A stretch of 64,000 nt of DNA from Chrysemys picta bellii (taxonomy: Eukaryota), in assembly GCF_011386835.1 (NCBI RefSeq), contig NC_088802.1:3038001-3102000 (forward strand), read 5' to 3'. The translations under genes were made by a program, and so were the position numbers. Positions 49,315 through 60,869 of the stretch are shown in pieces (position 1 is the first letter of the stretch; each line of letters opens with the position of its first letter). Below the pieces are notes generated by a model. The model did no database searches, was not told where the DNA came from, and was given only the letters and a program-made list of their open reading frames with translations.

Positions 49315-50399
49315 TGTGACGTTCTGAGTGTGGTATAATATCTCATTGGAAGGTGACAGGGCCAGAACGAGTTAATTACCTCCCAGTCTGACCTCACCCA
49401 GGGCCGAACTTTAGAGACTGGTTAGGAAGATCTGTAAACGAACAGAGCTTTGAAATGCAGCCGGCATTGTTAGAGATCTCAAGGGGAGATGTTTGCTCAG
49501 GTCTTGGGATGTCAGCAAACAAGTCTTGTCTATTGCTAGAGCTTTAATTCAAAGACCAAAAAAGAAATATTAACATTTATGAAGACACTGGAGTGAAATA
49601 GTATTATTGTCTCTATGTCTGTTTGAAGGTTGTGGTAACCTGGATCTGAACTGTTTAATGGGTAAATTACCCTGTGCTAATTGCCAGGATGTTTGGGAGA
49701 AGGAGAATTAAGCCTATTGTTTTCTCAGGCCAAGCGGCTGCTGGAAATGTATAAAAACCCTGGGACACGATCCTGCTTCATCTCAGATCTGCTTTGGGTT
49801 TCAAGAGGGGGAAACCTTAAGCCACAAGGATTGAGATCCCCAGACACTGACTGGAGCCACCCTGAATATGGACATTGGACTATAACCTCGGGACTATTTC
49901 TAAAAGGACTTTTGGCCACTACAAGCTCATCTCTGCTGTGGCTGAACCTCAAGAATTGAATTCAAGTCTGTCTGTATATTGATCTTTTAACCAACACTCT
50001 CTCGCTTTTCTTTTGTAATAAATTTTAGCTTAGTTAATAAGAATTGACTATAACGTGTATTTTGGGTAAGATCTAAGTTATAATTGAACCTGGGTGTGTG
50101 GCTGACCCTTTGGGGGTTGGAAGAACCTTTTCTTTTATATGATGAGAGAAGATTTTCAGTAATCATCATCATATCTGACGTGTGTGTCTGGACGGAGGTC
50201 TGAGGCCGGGCACTTTAAGGGAACTGCGTTGTTTGGACGTCTGAGTAACCAGGGAGGTTCTATAGAAGCTGTTCTGGTTTGGTTGGTAAATCTAAGTATT
50301 GGAAGATCCACCAGCGTTTGGGGTTTGTCTGCCCCGGTCTGTTTGCAGTTCACCCTGATTGAGTGACCTCAGCTGGCTCCCACGGGCAGCACCGTCACA
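49315..50399 (+). mobile_element. LTR, same family as 42317-43459 (3' LTR of a deleted element)
   Basis: TGTGACG...accgtcaCA termini, with long near-identical blocks shared with 42317-43459. Confidence 0.92.
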
Positions 50400-51710
50400 A
50401 CTACACATAATGTAGGACCTACATTATTGTTCCCCACTGGCAGGAGTAGAGAATGACGGGTTCCCGTGAGCAGGGGCCACGCTGAAAACAGCCCCTGCCC
50501 CTGTTGTTGCTGGGGGAAGGTGAACCTTAGTGCACCACCCATCTTTGTTTACCCCGTGGTTTGTTTACAAGACATAACGTAGGCCCTATACTAAGGTTCT
50601 GACAGGGCAGGATTTAAGAAAATCCCTCCCCTTTCTCCTCCCCTTTGGAGAAGTCTTAAAGTGTTTTGCACAACCTCTGCCTGTCTTTGTTTATACTTTG
50701 GTTTCTTTACGATACTTAATGTAGGACCTACCCTATTTGTCTCAGGAGGCAGTATGAGAGAGGGACCAGTTCCCATGTGCCTTGTCCCCACTGGAACCAA
50801 CCCTATCCCCCCTCCTGCTATTTGGTGACAAAATCCATCCAAAAAAGCTACTTGGTTTGATGCTTTGATTTGTTTATGATACAAAATGTAGGACCTACAA
50901 TATTGCTCTTGGCGGTAGTAATGGAAGAGCCCCCACCTACTGCCCTCTGGAGAAGCAGAAAATATCCATTCAGGGCCATTATGTTTACACTTTGGTTTCT
51001 ATACAATACACAGGGTAGGACCTACAATATTATTCTCAGCAGTCAGGAACGGGGGGCGGACTGGTTGCCATGAGCAGGCTCCCCATTCACCTGCCATTGT
51101 ATTCCACCACTTGGACCAGCAAAAAAAAGGATTCTGTTTGTTTACCGTTTATTTTGTTTACAATACATCATATAAGACCTACAATGTTAGCCTCAGTGGA
51201 GTATAATGGAAGGTAACCAGCACCGTTCTGGAAATCATAGAATCATAGAATATCAGGGTTGGAAGGGACCTCAGGAGGTCATCTAGTCCAACCCCCAATC
51301 CCCCCATCTTCTGTTATCAGGGGAAAGTATTCACAACTCAGACAAATTTTGCTTATGTTTTGATTTACATAATACATAATGTAGGACCTACAATATTGTT
51401 TGTGGATTGTGACTGATTCCCATCAGCAACAGTTTCCTCTGCAATATACCCTCCCGCCCCTCTCCTTCTGTTGCTTCAAGCCACAGAGTATTTCCTTCCT
51501 GCCCAACACCCACTTTATTGACACCTTGCTTTGTTTACGATACATAATGTAGGACCTATGACATATATCTAGGGGGCAGGAATGGAGGCGGTGGACCCGC
51601 CCCCTTTCAGTTGACATTTGAAGTAGCAGGAAACTTCATAGCTGGCCGTGCCCCACTTGGCCTGGGCTTGTTTACAGTACATAATATAGGACCTACAATA
51701 TTGTCAACAC
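50400..51710. repeat. Degenerate array of a palindromic core (tgtttac..acataaTGTAGGACCTACAatatt), about 9 copies
   Basis: Cores near 50413, 50579, 50720, 50887, 51015, 51173, 51379, 51547 and 51686; the array starts again at ~63817. Confidence 0.85.
51233..51296 (-). mobile_element. CR1 3'-end fragment
   Basis: aatcatagaatcatagaatatcagggttggaagggacctcaggaggtcatctagtccaaccccc is the reverse complement of a CR1 (ttctatga)n terminus. Confidence 0.8.
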
Positions 51711-51850
51711 AGTTCTCCGCCCCCCTCCATGACCAGAGAATTAACTGCAGAGACAGACGGGTGTCACAGGGATTCTCCGAGGGAAGGAGGCGTCTTTCCC
51801 CAACGTGGGGCCTGGCCCTGCCCCAGAGGCACCTGCGCTTGCCAGCCCCG

Positions 51851-54800
51851 TCAGCCGTGGCCGGTGGCCAGTTCAGAGTAGATGGTGGCCGGGCCAGTTT
51901 CTGCCCTGACCCCGGCCCCACGGGGTGCCTGGAAGTGCAGGGTGGAGTATTGGATCCCCTCCGGGCCCTGCAGAGATCGGGGCAGGACAGAGTGGGCGTT
52001 AGGGTGGCATTACCGCCTGGGGGCACTGCCAGGGGAGAGTCCCCTTCTGCCCCCTGCCCACTCCCCACAGCCCAGCGCCCCCTGCTGCCCCCGTCCTGCT
52101 CCCCACAGCCCAGCGCCCCCTGCTGCCCCCGTCCTGCTCCCCGCAGCCCGGCGCCCCCTGCTGCCCGCATCCCCACAGCCCAGCATCCCCTGCTGCCCCC
52201 GTCCCGCTCCTCACAGCCAGGGCTGGATTAACCTTTCGTGGGCCTGGCGCCAAACATATTTCCGGGCCCCCAGGCAGGCAGTGGAGCCTGGCACAGGGAG
52301 GTCAGTCCCCGGAGTGAGGGGCAATGGGGCATGGAAGGGGCAGCCCCGCTCTGCCCAATGCGAGGGCGCTGGTTACAAACCCGTGCCCAACCCTGTGCTG
52401 CCAGCGTGACCCTTCCCCTCGGGGGGGGCACCATGCCACACCACACAGCCCCCCCACCCCAACACCCCCCAACTTCCTATGGCCAGAGCCCCCCCAGTCC
52501 CCTCCACACAAATGCCCAGCGCCCTGCACAACACCCCCCTGCCCACAGCCCCACAACTGCCCAGCACCCCCCACAGAACCCCCACTCCCTAGCGCCCAAC
52601 ACACAGAGATCTTCCCCGCCCCCTCACAGCCCAGGACCCTCCCCCCCGCAGGAAACCCCTTCCCCTAAGCCCTGCTGGGAGGTGACTGTGTCTGCCGGGC
52701 TGAGCCGGGAGCGCAGCCAGGGCTGGTCCCGGGGCCGGGAATCGCTCCAGCCCCTCGGCAGTGCTGAGCTCAGCCAGGCCAGGGCCTGCCCCGGACGGAG
52801 TCCCTCAAGATGCCCAGCCAAGCTCCCCGCACTGTCCCCTTCCTCCCCCCGCCCCCGGCTGAGACCGGCCAGGCTGCTGCCCCACTCCCAGGCGGCTCAG
52901 CTCCAGGGGGACAGGGGGGGCCCACAGGTGGTGGGAAGCAGAGACGGCCCGGAGCCGGAGGTGCACTGGGGTCCGGCCAGGGGACCGAGAGGAGCAGGGG
53001 GTGGGGCCGAGGGGAGTAAATGGTGGGCGGGGGGAGCCAGACGGGTCTTGGGGAACAGGGCAAGCGGAGCAGCCCAGGGCCCCTTCTGAGCATGGGCCCG
53101 GCTCCATGGCGCCCTTGGAGCTGTTGTAAACCCAGCACTGCCCCCGGCCCTGCCCCCCGCTGCTGCCCCCCGCCCCCCACGGCCCAGCACCCCCTGCTAC
53201 TCCCCCGCTGCCTCCAGCCCCGCCCCCTGCAGCCCAGCCCCCCTTGCTGCCCACAGCCCAGTGCCCCCTGCTGCCCCGTCCCGCTCCCTACGGCCCAGTG
53301 CCCCCTGCTGCCCCGTCCCGCTCCCCACAGCCCAGTGCCCCCTGCTGCCCCCGTCCCGCTCCCTACGGCCCAGTGCCCCCTGCTGCCCCTGCCCCACCCC
53401 CCATGGCCCAGCACCCCCTGCTGCCCCCCGCCCCGGTCCCCTCAGCCCAACGCCCCCTGCTGCCCCGCCCCCCACAGCCCAGTGCCCCCTGCTGCCCCCC
53501 GCCCCGTCCCCACAGCCCAGCGCCCCCTGCTGCCCCCGGCCCTGCCCCCTGCAGCCCAGCCCCCCCTGCTGCTCCCGCCCCCAGCCCCACAGCCCAGTGC
53601 CCCCTGCTGCCCCCGCCCCGAGTGCCAGGGGCGTTACCTCGCCAGCAGGCAGGGGGTCAGCCAACGGGGGCTTCTGCTCGGCTCCGCCAGCCTCCATGGG
53701 GCCGGGCTGCTCAGCTGGGAAGGGGGAGAGACAGCGACGGGTTACAGATGCCAGCCGTGTGGCCCCCCAGCCCGGCCCCCCTGCCCCGGCCCCAGCCCCT
53801 GGCCCCAGAGCTCACCCCATTGCTCCCACTTTCCGTCCATCTTCGTCGCCGGGAGGGTCGCGCTGGGGATACACAGGGACAATTAGACCATTTCCCATGG
53901 CAGAGAAACCCCTGGGCTAGGCCCGGCCCCTATGGAATAACCCCCTATAGCGGCCGGCCGGCCTCACCCCATCCTGTACTCCCCTCATACAATACCCTGC
54001 CCTATAGACTCCAGGCTGGACCCACTGCCTCGGGCACATTTCAGGGCACAGCTCCTATAGACTAATCCTCCCTCTGCCCCTTAGCCCATCATCCCTATAG
54101 GACTGGCCCTATAGCACAACCAGTCTATACCACCTGTCTGTCTGTGCCTCCGCCTATACCCCTCCCCTATAGAATATCTCCCCACTGGCCCCATAGACTA
54201 TTGCCTTTATAGCTCCACCAACCCTATAGAAGACCTCCCTTATATCCCCACTGACCCTATAGGCTCTCACCTATATGTACCTTGTACCTGCCCCATAGAA
54301 TAAATCCCTTCTATAGCCCATATACCTATTCCCTATTGTGACGTTTATAGAAATATTTACCCCTGTAGCCTCATTAGCTCTTATGGGACCCCCCCAATTC
54401 CCTCCCCATCCTGTTCCCACCCCCCCAATTCCCTCCCCATCCTGTTCCCACCCCCCCATGGAATGTCCCCCTATAGCCGCCCCATTCCACCGCCGCCCCC
54501 TATGGACTGACTCTGCCTACATCCCTGCCCCCTAACACCGCCCCACACCCCACTGCTCCCCCCCGTACCTGGCATCCCTCAGCCGGCGCCTCCTGCAGCA
54601 AATTACAGCAACGGCGCCCACGAGGACCAGGGCCAGAGCAGCCCCCGCGCAGCCCCCGACCAGAGGCAGGAGGGCGCCTGGGGTGCCGGTGTCTGGGGGG
54701 AAAAATGGGGGCTAGGATCACTCACCCGGCGCTGAGATGCGACTGCCTCTGGGGTGGGGCGCGGGGGCTGTTCATAGAGGGATCCCTCATCCGGCGCTGT

Positions 54801-57394
54801 GATGCAGCACCTCTGGGGTGGGGCACGGGGGCTGTTCATAAAGGGATCCCTCGCCCGGCGCTGAGATGCGTCTGCCTCTGGGGTGGGGCGCGGGGGCTGG
54901 TTATACAGGGATCTCTCGTCCGGCCCTGAGAGGCGGCTGTCTCTGGGGTGGGGGGCGGGGGCTGGTTATACAGGGATCCCTCGTCCGGCGCTGAGAGGCG
55001 GCTGTCTCTGGGGTGGGGCGCGGGAGCTGGTTATACAGGGATCCCTCGTCTGGCGCTGAGATGCGGCACCTCTTGGTGGGAGCTGGGGAACAGCCGCAGA
55101 GAACACCTGCGTCCAGTGCCCTTCAGTGCCCCTTTTCCACCCCTCTCGGCCGGTCGCCTGCAGCCCCAGCTGAGCTGGACTCGGGCGGAGAAGCGAGGGG
55201 GGCGCAGGGCAGGGGGAGATCCACACACCTGGACTGGTGGGGATGGGGCCGGGTGGGGGGCTCTCCTGGGTCCCGTGCCCCCCCGGGTCACGCTCCAGGC
55301 AGTAGTCCCCAGACCGGGGGGGATCCCCAGGCAGGCGGCAGCTCCACAGACCTTCCAACGAGCTGGAGAAACCCTCTATCGTCACCTTGGACCTCAGGAT
55401 CCGAAGGGCTGTGGAGTCTGGTGGCGGCTTCCCATTAAGTAGCCACGTGGGGCCCCCTGCTGGGGGTGACGTGGGTCCCTGCGCCCCACAGGGGGTACAG
55501 GAGAGGGACACAGACGCTCCCTCCCCGACCGGCTCCTTGGGGACCGCGGCGATGGACGCCCCGGCCGGGCAGCCTGTGGGGGCAGAGCCAAACGTGATGG
55601 AGCCACTGAAAGGGCACCCCCTGCTGGCGGCTTCCCCCCCCCCCACCCGGCTGGGCTAGAACCCATCAAAATCCTAAACCACTCCCCACAGCTGGGGAGA
55701 GAACCCAGGCGTCCTGGCTCCCAGCCCCCCCCCTGCTCTAACCACTAGACCCCACTCCCCTGCTAGAGCCAGAAGAGAACCCAAGAGTCCTGGCTCCCAG
55801 CCCCAGTAGAGCTGTTACCGGGCGTGATGGTCACGGAGATCGGCGTGGCGTTCTGCCTGGGGCTGGCACAGAAGAAGACCCCCGAGTCGTTCATGTGGAG
55901 GGTTTGAAGTTCGAAAACGGAGGTTTGGGTTCCCTGATCCGTTAGGAGATGCAGCCACTTCATAAATCTCTCCAGCAGGCTGTTCCCTGCCCCACCCGCC
56001 ATCGCTGTGTAGATCGTCTGTATCCCACTGCTGACACCAGCGCAGACCGGGTAGCGCGGGATCCACCGCCAGCTCAGGCTCGGCCCCGTCAGGTTGCAGG
56101 GAAGTTTCACAGTCGAGCCGGCTTCTGCCGTCACCACTGGACCTGCAAACACCAGAGCGGATGGGTCCTGCCCGACTGGAGAGCCAGGGTCCCCTTACCC
56201 GGCGCTGAGATGCAGCCACCTCTGGGGTGGGGCCCGTATACAGGGATCCCCCGTGACCGTAGAGAACCCCTCCTTGCTAACGAGCAAAGGGGTCGCTGTT
56301 CGGCACCGGTAACCCCTGACAAAGCCCCCGCACGCAGCCCCTGGCCCTGGCAGTATTTCTCCACAGCGGGTTGGGTGAGGCCTCTCATAACGGCTCCCGG
56401 CTGCGGCCCTGCGTCTGAGCGCCGAACGGGGGCTGGGTCCCAGGCCGCGACGACGGACGAGCTTTGCCCGCCTGGCTCCAGACTCCTGGTCAGCCCCTGG
56501 AGGGCAAAGCCAGCTCAGTGCCGGGGGGCGGAGGGGCCAAACCAGAGTCAAGCCGGGATCTGGGGCCTGTTGCTTTGCAGTGTGGACGCAGTTCCGTGGA
56601 CTCGTGAGGCAGGGGAGACTTACAGTCGCCTTTCCCCGCCCCCACTCTCCCCGGGGACCGCACCGGGGACCCGGGCGGCTGGGCTGAGGCCCATGTACCA
56701 GAGCCAGGGTCAGGGTTACAGATGAGTGTGGACGCCCCAGCCCTTGGCTGGCTAGCTCCGGCCAGACCTGGAGTCTGAGGCCCCGCTTCACACCCGGGGT
56801 TGAGCCCACCCCGGTGTAACCGCTCCGAGACGGGTCACTCTTGGGGGTCAGAGGCAGATGTGGGCCTGGGGGGGGCCGCGATGGGCTGCGGAGCCGAACC
56901 AAAGGAACTCGGGGTTCGCTGGGCCCTTGGGGGCAGTGAGCCGGGGATGTTTGGGGAGCCAGTGACCCAGGTGGGAGGTCGCCTTGCGCTCTTCCCCCCC
57001 CAACCCCTCTGCAAGCCAGGCCAGGACTGGCCGTGCGCCGGGGAGGTGGCCGACCAGCCGGCGGTGTCAGGGAATTAGCACTGGCAAGTCTGGGGGACCC
57101 TGAGAAACCTCCCGCAGGGCTGAGATGCAGCCACCTCTGGGGTGGGGCAGCTGGTTATACAGGGATCCCTTTCCTGGGGCTGAGATGCAGCCACCTCTGG
57201 GGCAGGGCGGCTCGTTATACAGGGACCCCTAGGCACTGGGACAAGCCCTGAGCCTCCCGCCCCATTCGCTGCAGGCCTCCAGGCCGAGCCCAGCCCCGGC
57301 CCCACCACGGCCCCGTTTGCTCCTTACCTGCCTGAGCCCCTGGGGGCACTGCTGCCAGGAGGGCGAGGGCCAGGGGCAGGAGCTGGGGGTGCAT
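51851..57394 (-). CDS. C3: intact inhibitory receptor with C-type ectodomain, 366 aa (signal, IgV, IgC2, uncharged TM, ITIM IQYSTL, ITSM-like TIYSEL)
   Basis: Exons 57394-57328, 56142-55819, 55573-55229, 54692-54569, 53862-53816, 53714-53638 and 51967-51851; phases 1,1,1,2,1,0; 1101 nt open. TM ALLPLVGGCAGAALALVLVGAVAVICC-RRRR. Minus-strand AATAAA at 51514-51519. Confidence 0.85.
53150..53625. repeat. GC-rich minisatellite (cccctgctgcccccgtcccgctccccacagcccagcgc family)
   Basis: Tandem units in C3 intron 6; also at 52060-52210. Confidence 0.9.
54720..55075. repeat. ~62-bp minisatellite (ggcgctgagatgcagccacctctggggtggggc..ttatacagggatccctc)
   Basis: About 6 units. Same family at 23330-23450, 27500-27660, 39950-40030, 48490-48680, 57110-57230, 61070-61170 and 62000-62120. 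Confidence 0.9.
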
Positions 57395-57769
57395 GGTGGA
57401 GCTGAGGTGGGGGTGATCCGGTGAGAGGGGCCTCTGGGGATATCTGTCTCTGGGGAGGGGCCTTGCTCCCAGGCGCGGAGGGGAAGAGGAAGGAGGTTGT
57501 GAAGAAATCAGGAAACCCACAGAGCTCGGGCAGCAGGTAACCCTTTCGCTCCAGTGCTGGGCTGGGGGCAGCAGGGGGTGTCTCCCCTGCCCCACTGCCC
57601 CAGGGCTCTGTTATGGGGCCAGTGCTGTTTGTTTATCCCTCCCCCACACTGATCCATTCACTGTGGGGCTGTGTGTGAGGAATGCACCCGACACACATAC
57701 ACACAATTACACAGCTGGCAGGGACCCACACACAATCACACACACACACACACACAGCCAGCAGGGACA

Positions 57770-58608
57770 CACAAGAATGGCCATATTGGGTCAGGCCAAA
57801 GGTCCATCCAGCCCAGTATCCTGGCTTCCCACAGTGGCCAATGCCAGGGGCCCCAGAGAGAATGAACACAACAGATAATCATCAAGTGATCCATCCCCTG
57901 TTGCCCATTCCCAGCTTCTGGCAAACAGAGGCCAGGGCCACCATCCCTGCCCAGCCTGGCTACTAGCCATTGATGGACCTGTCCACCATGACCTTATCTA
58001 GCTCTTTTTTTAACCCTATTACAGTCTTGGCCTTCACAACATCCTCTGGCAAGGAGTTCCCCAGGTTGACTGTTCACTGTGTGAAGAAATACTTCCTATG
58101 TTTTGTGTTAAACCTGCTGCCTAGTCATTTCATTGGGTGACCCCTTGTTCTTGTGTTACGAGAAGGAGTAAATAACACTTCCTTATTCACTTTCTCCACA
58201 CCAGTCATGATTTTATAGACCTCGATCATATCCCACCTTAGTTGCCTCTTTTCCAAGCTGAAAAGTTTCCATTTTATTAATCTCTTCTCATACGGCAGCC
58301 GTTCCATACCCCCTCAGCACTTTTGTTGCCCTTTTCTGAACCTTTTCCAATTCCAATCGATCTTTTTGAGACGGGGCGACCACATCTGCACGCAGTGTTC
58401 AAGGTGTGGGCGTCCCATGGGTTTATATAGCGGCAACATGATATTTTCTGTCCTAGTCTCTCTCCCCTTCTTGATGATTCCCAACATGCTGTTCTGCTTC
58501 TTTGACCCCGCTGCGCTTTGAGTGGATGAGTTCAGAGAACTCTCCACAGTGACTCCAGGATCTTTCTTGCGTGGGAACAGCTCATTTAGTCATTGTATAT
58601 GTCTAGTT
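57770..58608 (-). mobile_element. CR1 LINE 3' fragment
   Basis: Reverse-strand ORF pieces MLGIIKKG..ENIMLPLYK..PHLEHCVQMWSP and LPYEKRL..LFSLEKRQLRWDMIEVYKIMTG; closely related to 18182-19279. Confidence 0.92.
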
Positions 58609-58675
58609 ACACACACATGCGGACACTCAATTACACACACACACACAGCTGGCAGATACACACACAATTAGATAC

Positions 58676-58710
<35 letters not shown>

Positions 58711-59042
58711 TCCAGCAGAGAGACACATGCTGAGCAACCAGGGACACACACCATTGCGCACACACACACTTACACAGCAGTCGCACACACACATAGAGCA
58801 GACAGGGACACACAATTACACACACATACAATTACACAGCAGACACAGAGCAGACAGGGACACACAATTACACACACGTACAATTACACAGCAGACACAC
58901 ACAGAGCAGGCAGGGACTGAGACACACACACAGAGCCAGCAGGGGAGGATTTTGATGGGGGGCTATAGCCCAGCGCAGGGGGGAACAGCCAGCAGGGGCC
59001 GGGCCATTAACTGGATCCATCACATTTGGCTCTGCCCCACAG

Positions 59043-60510
59043 GCTGCCCGGCCGGGGCGTCCATCGCCGCGGGTCCCAAGGAGCCAGTCGAGGAGGGAGT
59101 GTCTGTGTCCCTCTCCTGCACCCCCTGTGGGCCGCAGGGAACCACCTCATCCCCAGCAGGGGGCGCCACGTGGCAGCTCAATGGGGAAATGCTACCAAAC
59201 TCCACAGCCCCTCGGATCCTGAGGTCCAACACGGTGACGATAGAGGGTTTTTCCAGCCGTCTGGAGGGTCTGTGGAGCTGCCGCCTGCCTGGGGATCCCC
59301 CCTGGTCTGGGGGCTACTGCCTGGAGCACGATCTGGTGTGACAGTGCTGCCCGTGGGAGCCAGCTGAGGTCACTCAATCAGGGTGAACTGCAAACAGACC
59401 GGGGCAGAGAAATCCCAAATGCTGGTGGATCTTCCAATACTTAGATTTCCCAAACAGCCCAAAACAGCTTCTACAGTACCTCCCTGGTTACTCAGACGTC
59501 CAAACAACGCAGTTCCCTTAAAGTGCCCAGCCTCAGGCTCCGTCCAGACACACGTCAGATACGATGATGGTTACTGAAAATCTGATCTCATCAGATACAA
59601 GAAAAGGTTCTTCCAACCCCCAAAGGATCAGCCACACACCCAGGTCCAATGATAACTTAGATCTTACCCAAAATACACGTTATAGCCAATTCTTATTAAC
59701 TAAGCTAAAATTAATTAGAAAAGAAAAGAGAGAGAGTGTTGGTTAAAAGATCAATATACAGACAGACTTGAATTCAATTCTTGAGGTTCAGACACAGCAG
59801 AGATGAGCTTGTAGTAGCCAAAAGTCCTTTTAGAAATAGTCCAGAGGTTATAGTCCAATGTCCATGTTCAGGGCGGCTCCAGTCAGTGACTGGGGATCTC
59901 AATCCTTGTGGCTCAGGGTTTCCCCTCTTGAAACCCAAAGCAGATCTGAGATGAAGCAGGATCATGTCCCAGGGTTTTTATACATTTCCATCAGCCGCTC
60001 AGCCTGAGAAAACACTAGGCTCAACTTTCCTTCTTCCCAACATCCTGGCAATTAGCACAGGGTAATTTATCCATTAAGCAGTTCAGATCCAGGTTACCAC
60101 AACCTTCAAAGAGACATAGAGACAATAATACTACTTCACTCAAGTATTATCATAAATGTCAATCTTCCTTTTTGATCTTTGAATTAAAGATGCCACAGGG
60201 GAGGTCGGCTGGGAACCCTGAGTTTGGATTAGACCTGGGCGCTAGAGTCCACAACATACCTGTGGGGGAAAACGTACCAAGGAGTCCCTGTGCTGGTAGC
60301 CCCGTGTCCCGCCCCAGAGGTGGCTGCATCTCAGCTCCGGGTTCGTGGCCGCCCAAGCTTCTGTCTCCAGTCACAGGCTCCGCGCCCGGCAGCGGCTGGG
60401 GGGTGACGGTGCTGGCTGCGCGCTGTTCCTCAGCGCCACCCTCAGAGCCGTCGGCTACCTGCACTGGAAAACCCGGGCCCGGCAGGCCAGCAGGTACCCG
60501 CCCCTTTAAC
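59043..60510 (+). pseudogene. C4: activating-type G6b-like remnant (C2 exon and TM exon only)
   Basis: C2 exon from 59043 is cut at 59337 by an antisense LTR. The TM exon from 60377 has an out-of-frame deletion right after ...GCG CGC TGT. No leader or V exon upstream. Confidence 0.85.
59337..60190 (-). mobile_element. Truncated LTR, same family as 42317 and 49315, antisense
   Basis: tgtgacagtgctgcccgtgggagcc is the reverse complement of the LTR 3' end. Homology stops near 60190, where C-gene intron 3 sequence resumes. Confidence 0.9.
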
Positions 60511-60869
60511 ACCAGTGCCCCCTGCGGGGCTCCCCCTGCCCTGCTCCCTGGGGCAATGGGGCCAGCCCCGACTGCCAGGGGAGAGTCCCCTGCTGCCTCC
60601 CCCCGCTCCCTGCAACCCAGTGCCCCCTGCGGGGCTCCCCCTGCCCTGTTTCCTGAGGCACACAGCCAGCACTGACTGCCTGGGCACAGCCCCCCCTACC
60701 CCCCCCCAGTGCCGGAGCGAAAGGGTTACCTGCTGCCCGAGCTCTGTGGGTTTCCTGATTTCTTCACAACCTCCTTCCCCTTCCCCTCAGGGGCTGGGAG
60801 CAAGGCCCCTCCCCAGAGACAGATGCCCCCAGAGGCCCTTCTCACCGGATCACCTCCACCAGCTCCACC

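Noticed and set aside
50400-51710. CRISPR array
   Set aside because: The context is vertebrate, there are no cas genes, the spacers are too long and uneven, and the repeats are degenerate. Reported as a repeat array instead.
52238-54065. Several 200-290 aa ORFs on both strands
   Set aside because: They lie in C3 intron 6 minisatellites. The real coding content is the short minus-strand exons.
42830-59965. Recurrent ORFs MILLHLRSALGFKRG... and MNCKQTGA...
   Set aside because: Incidental frames inside the three LTR copies; not host genes.
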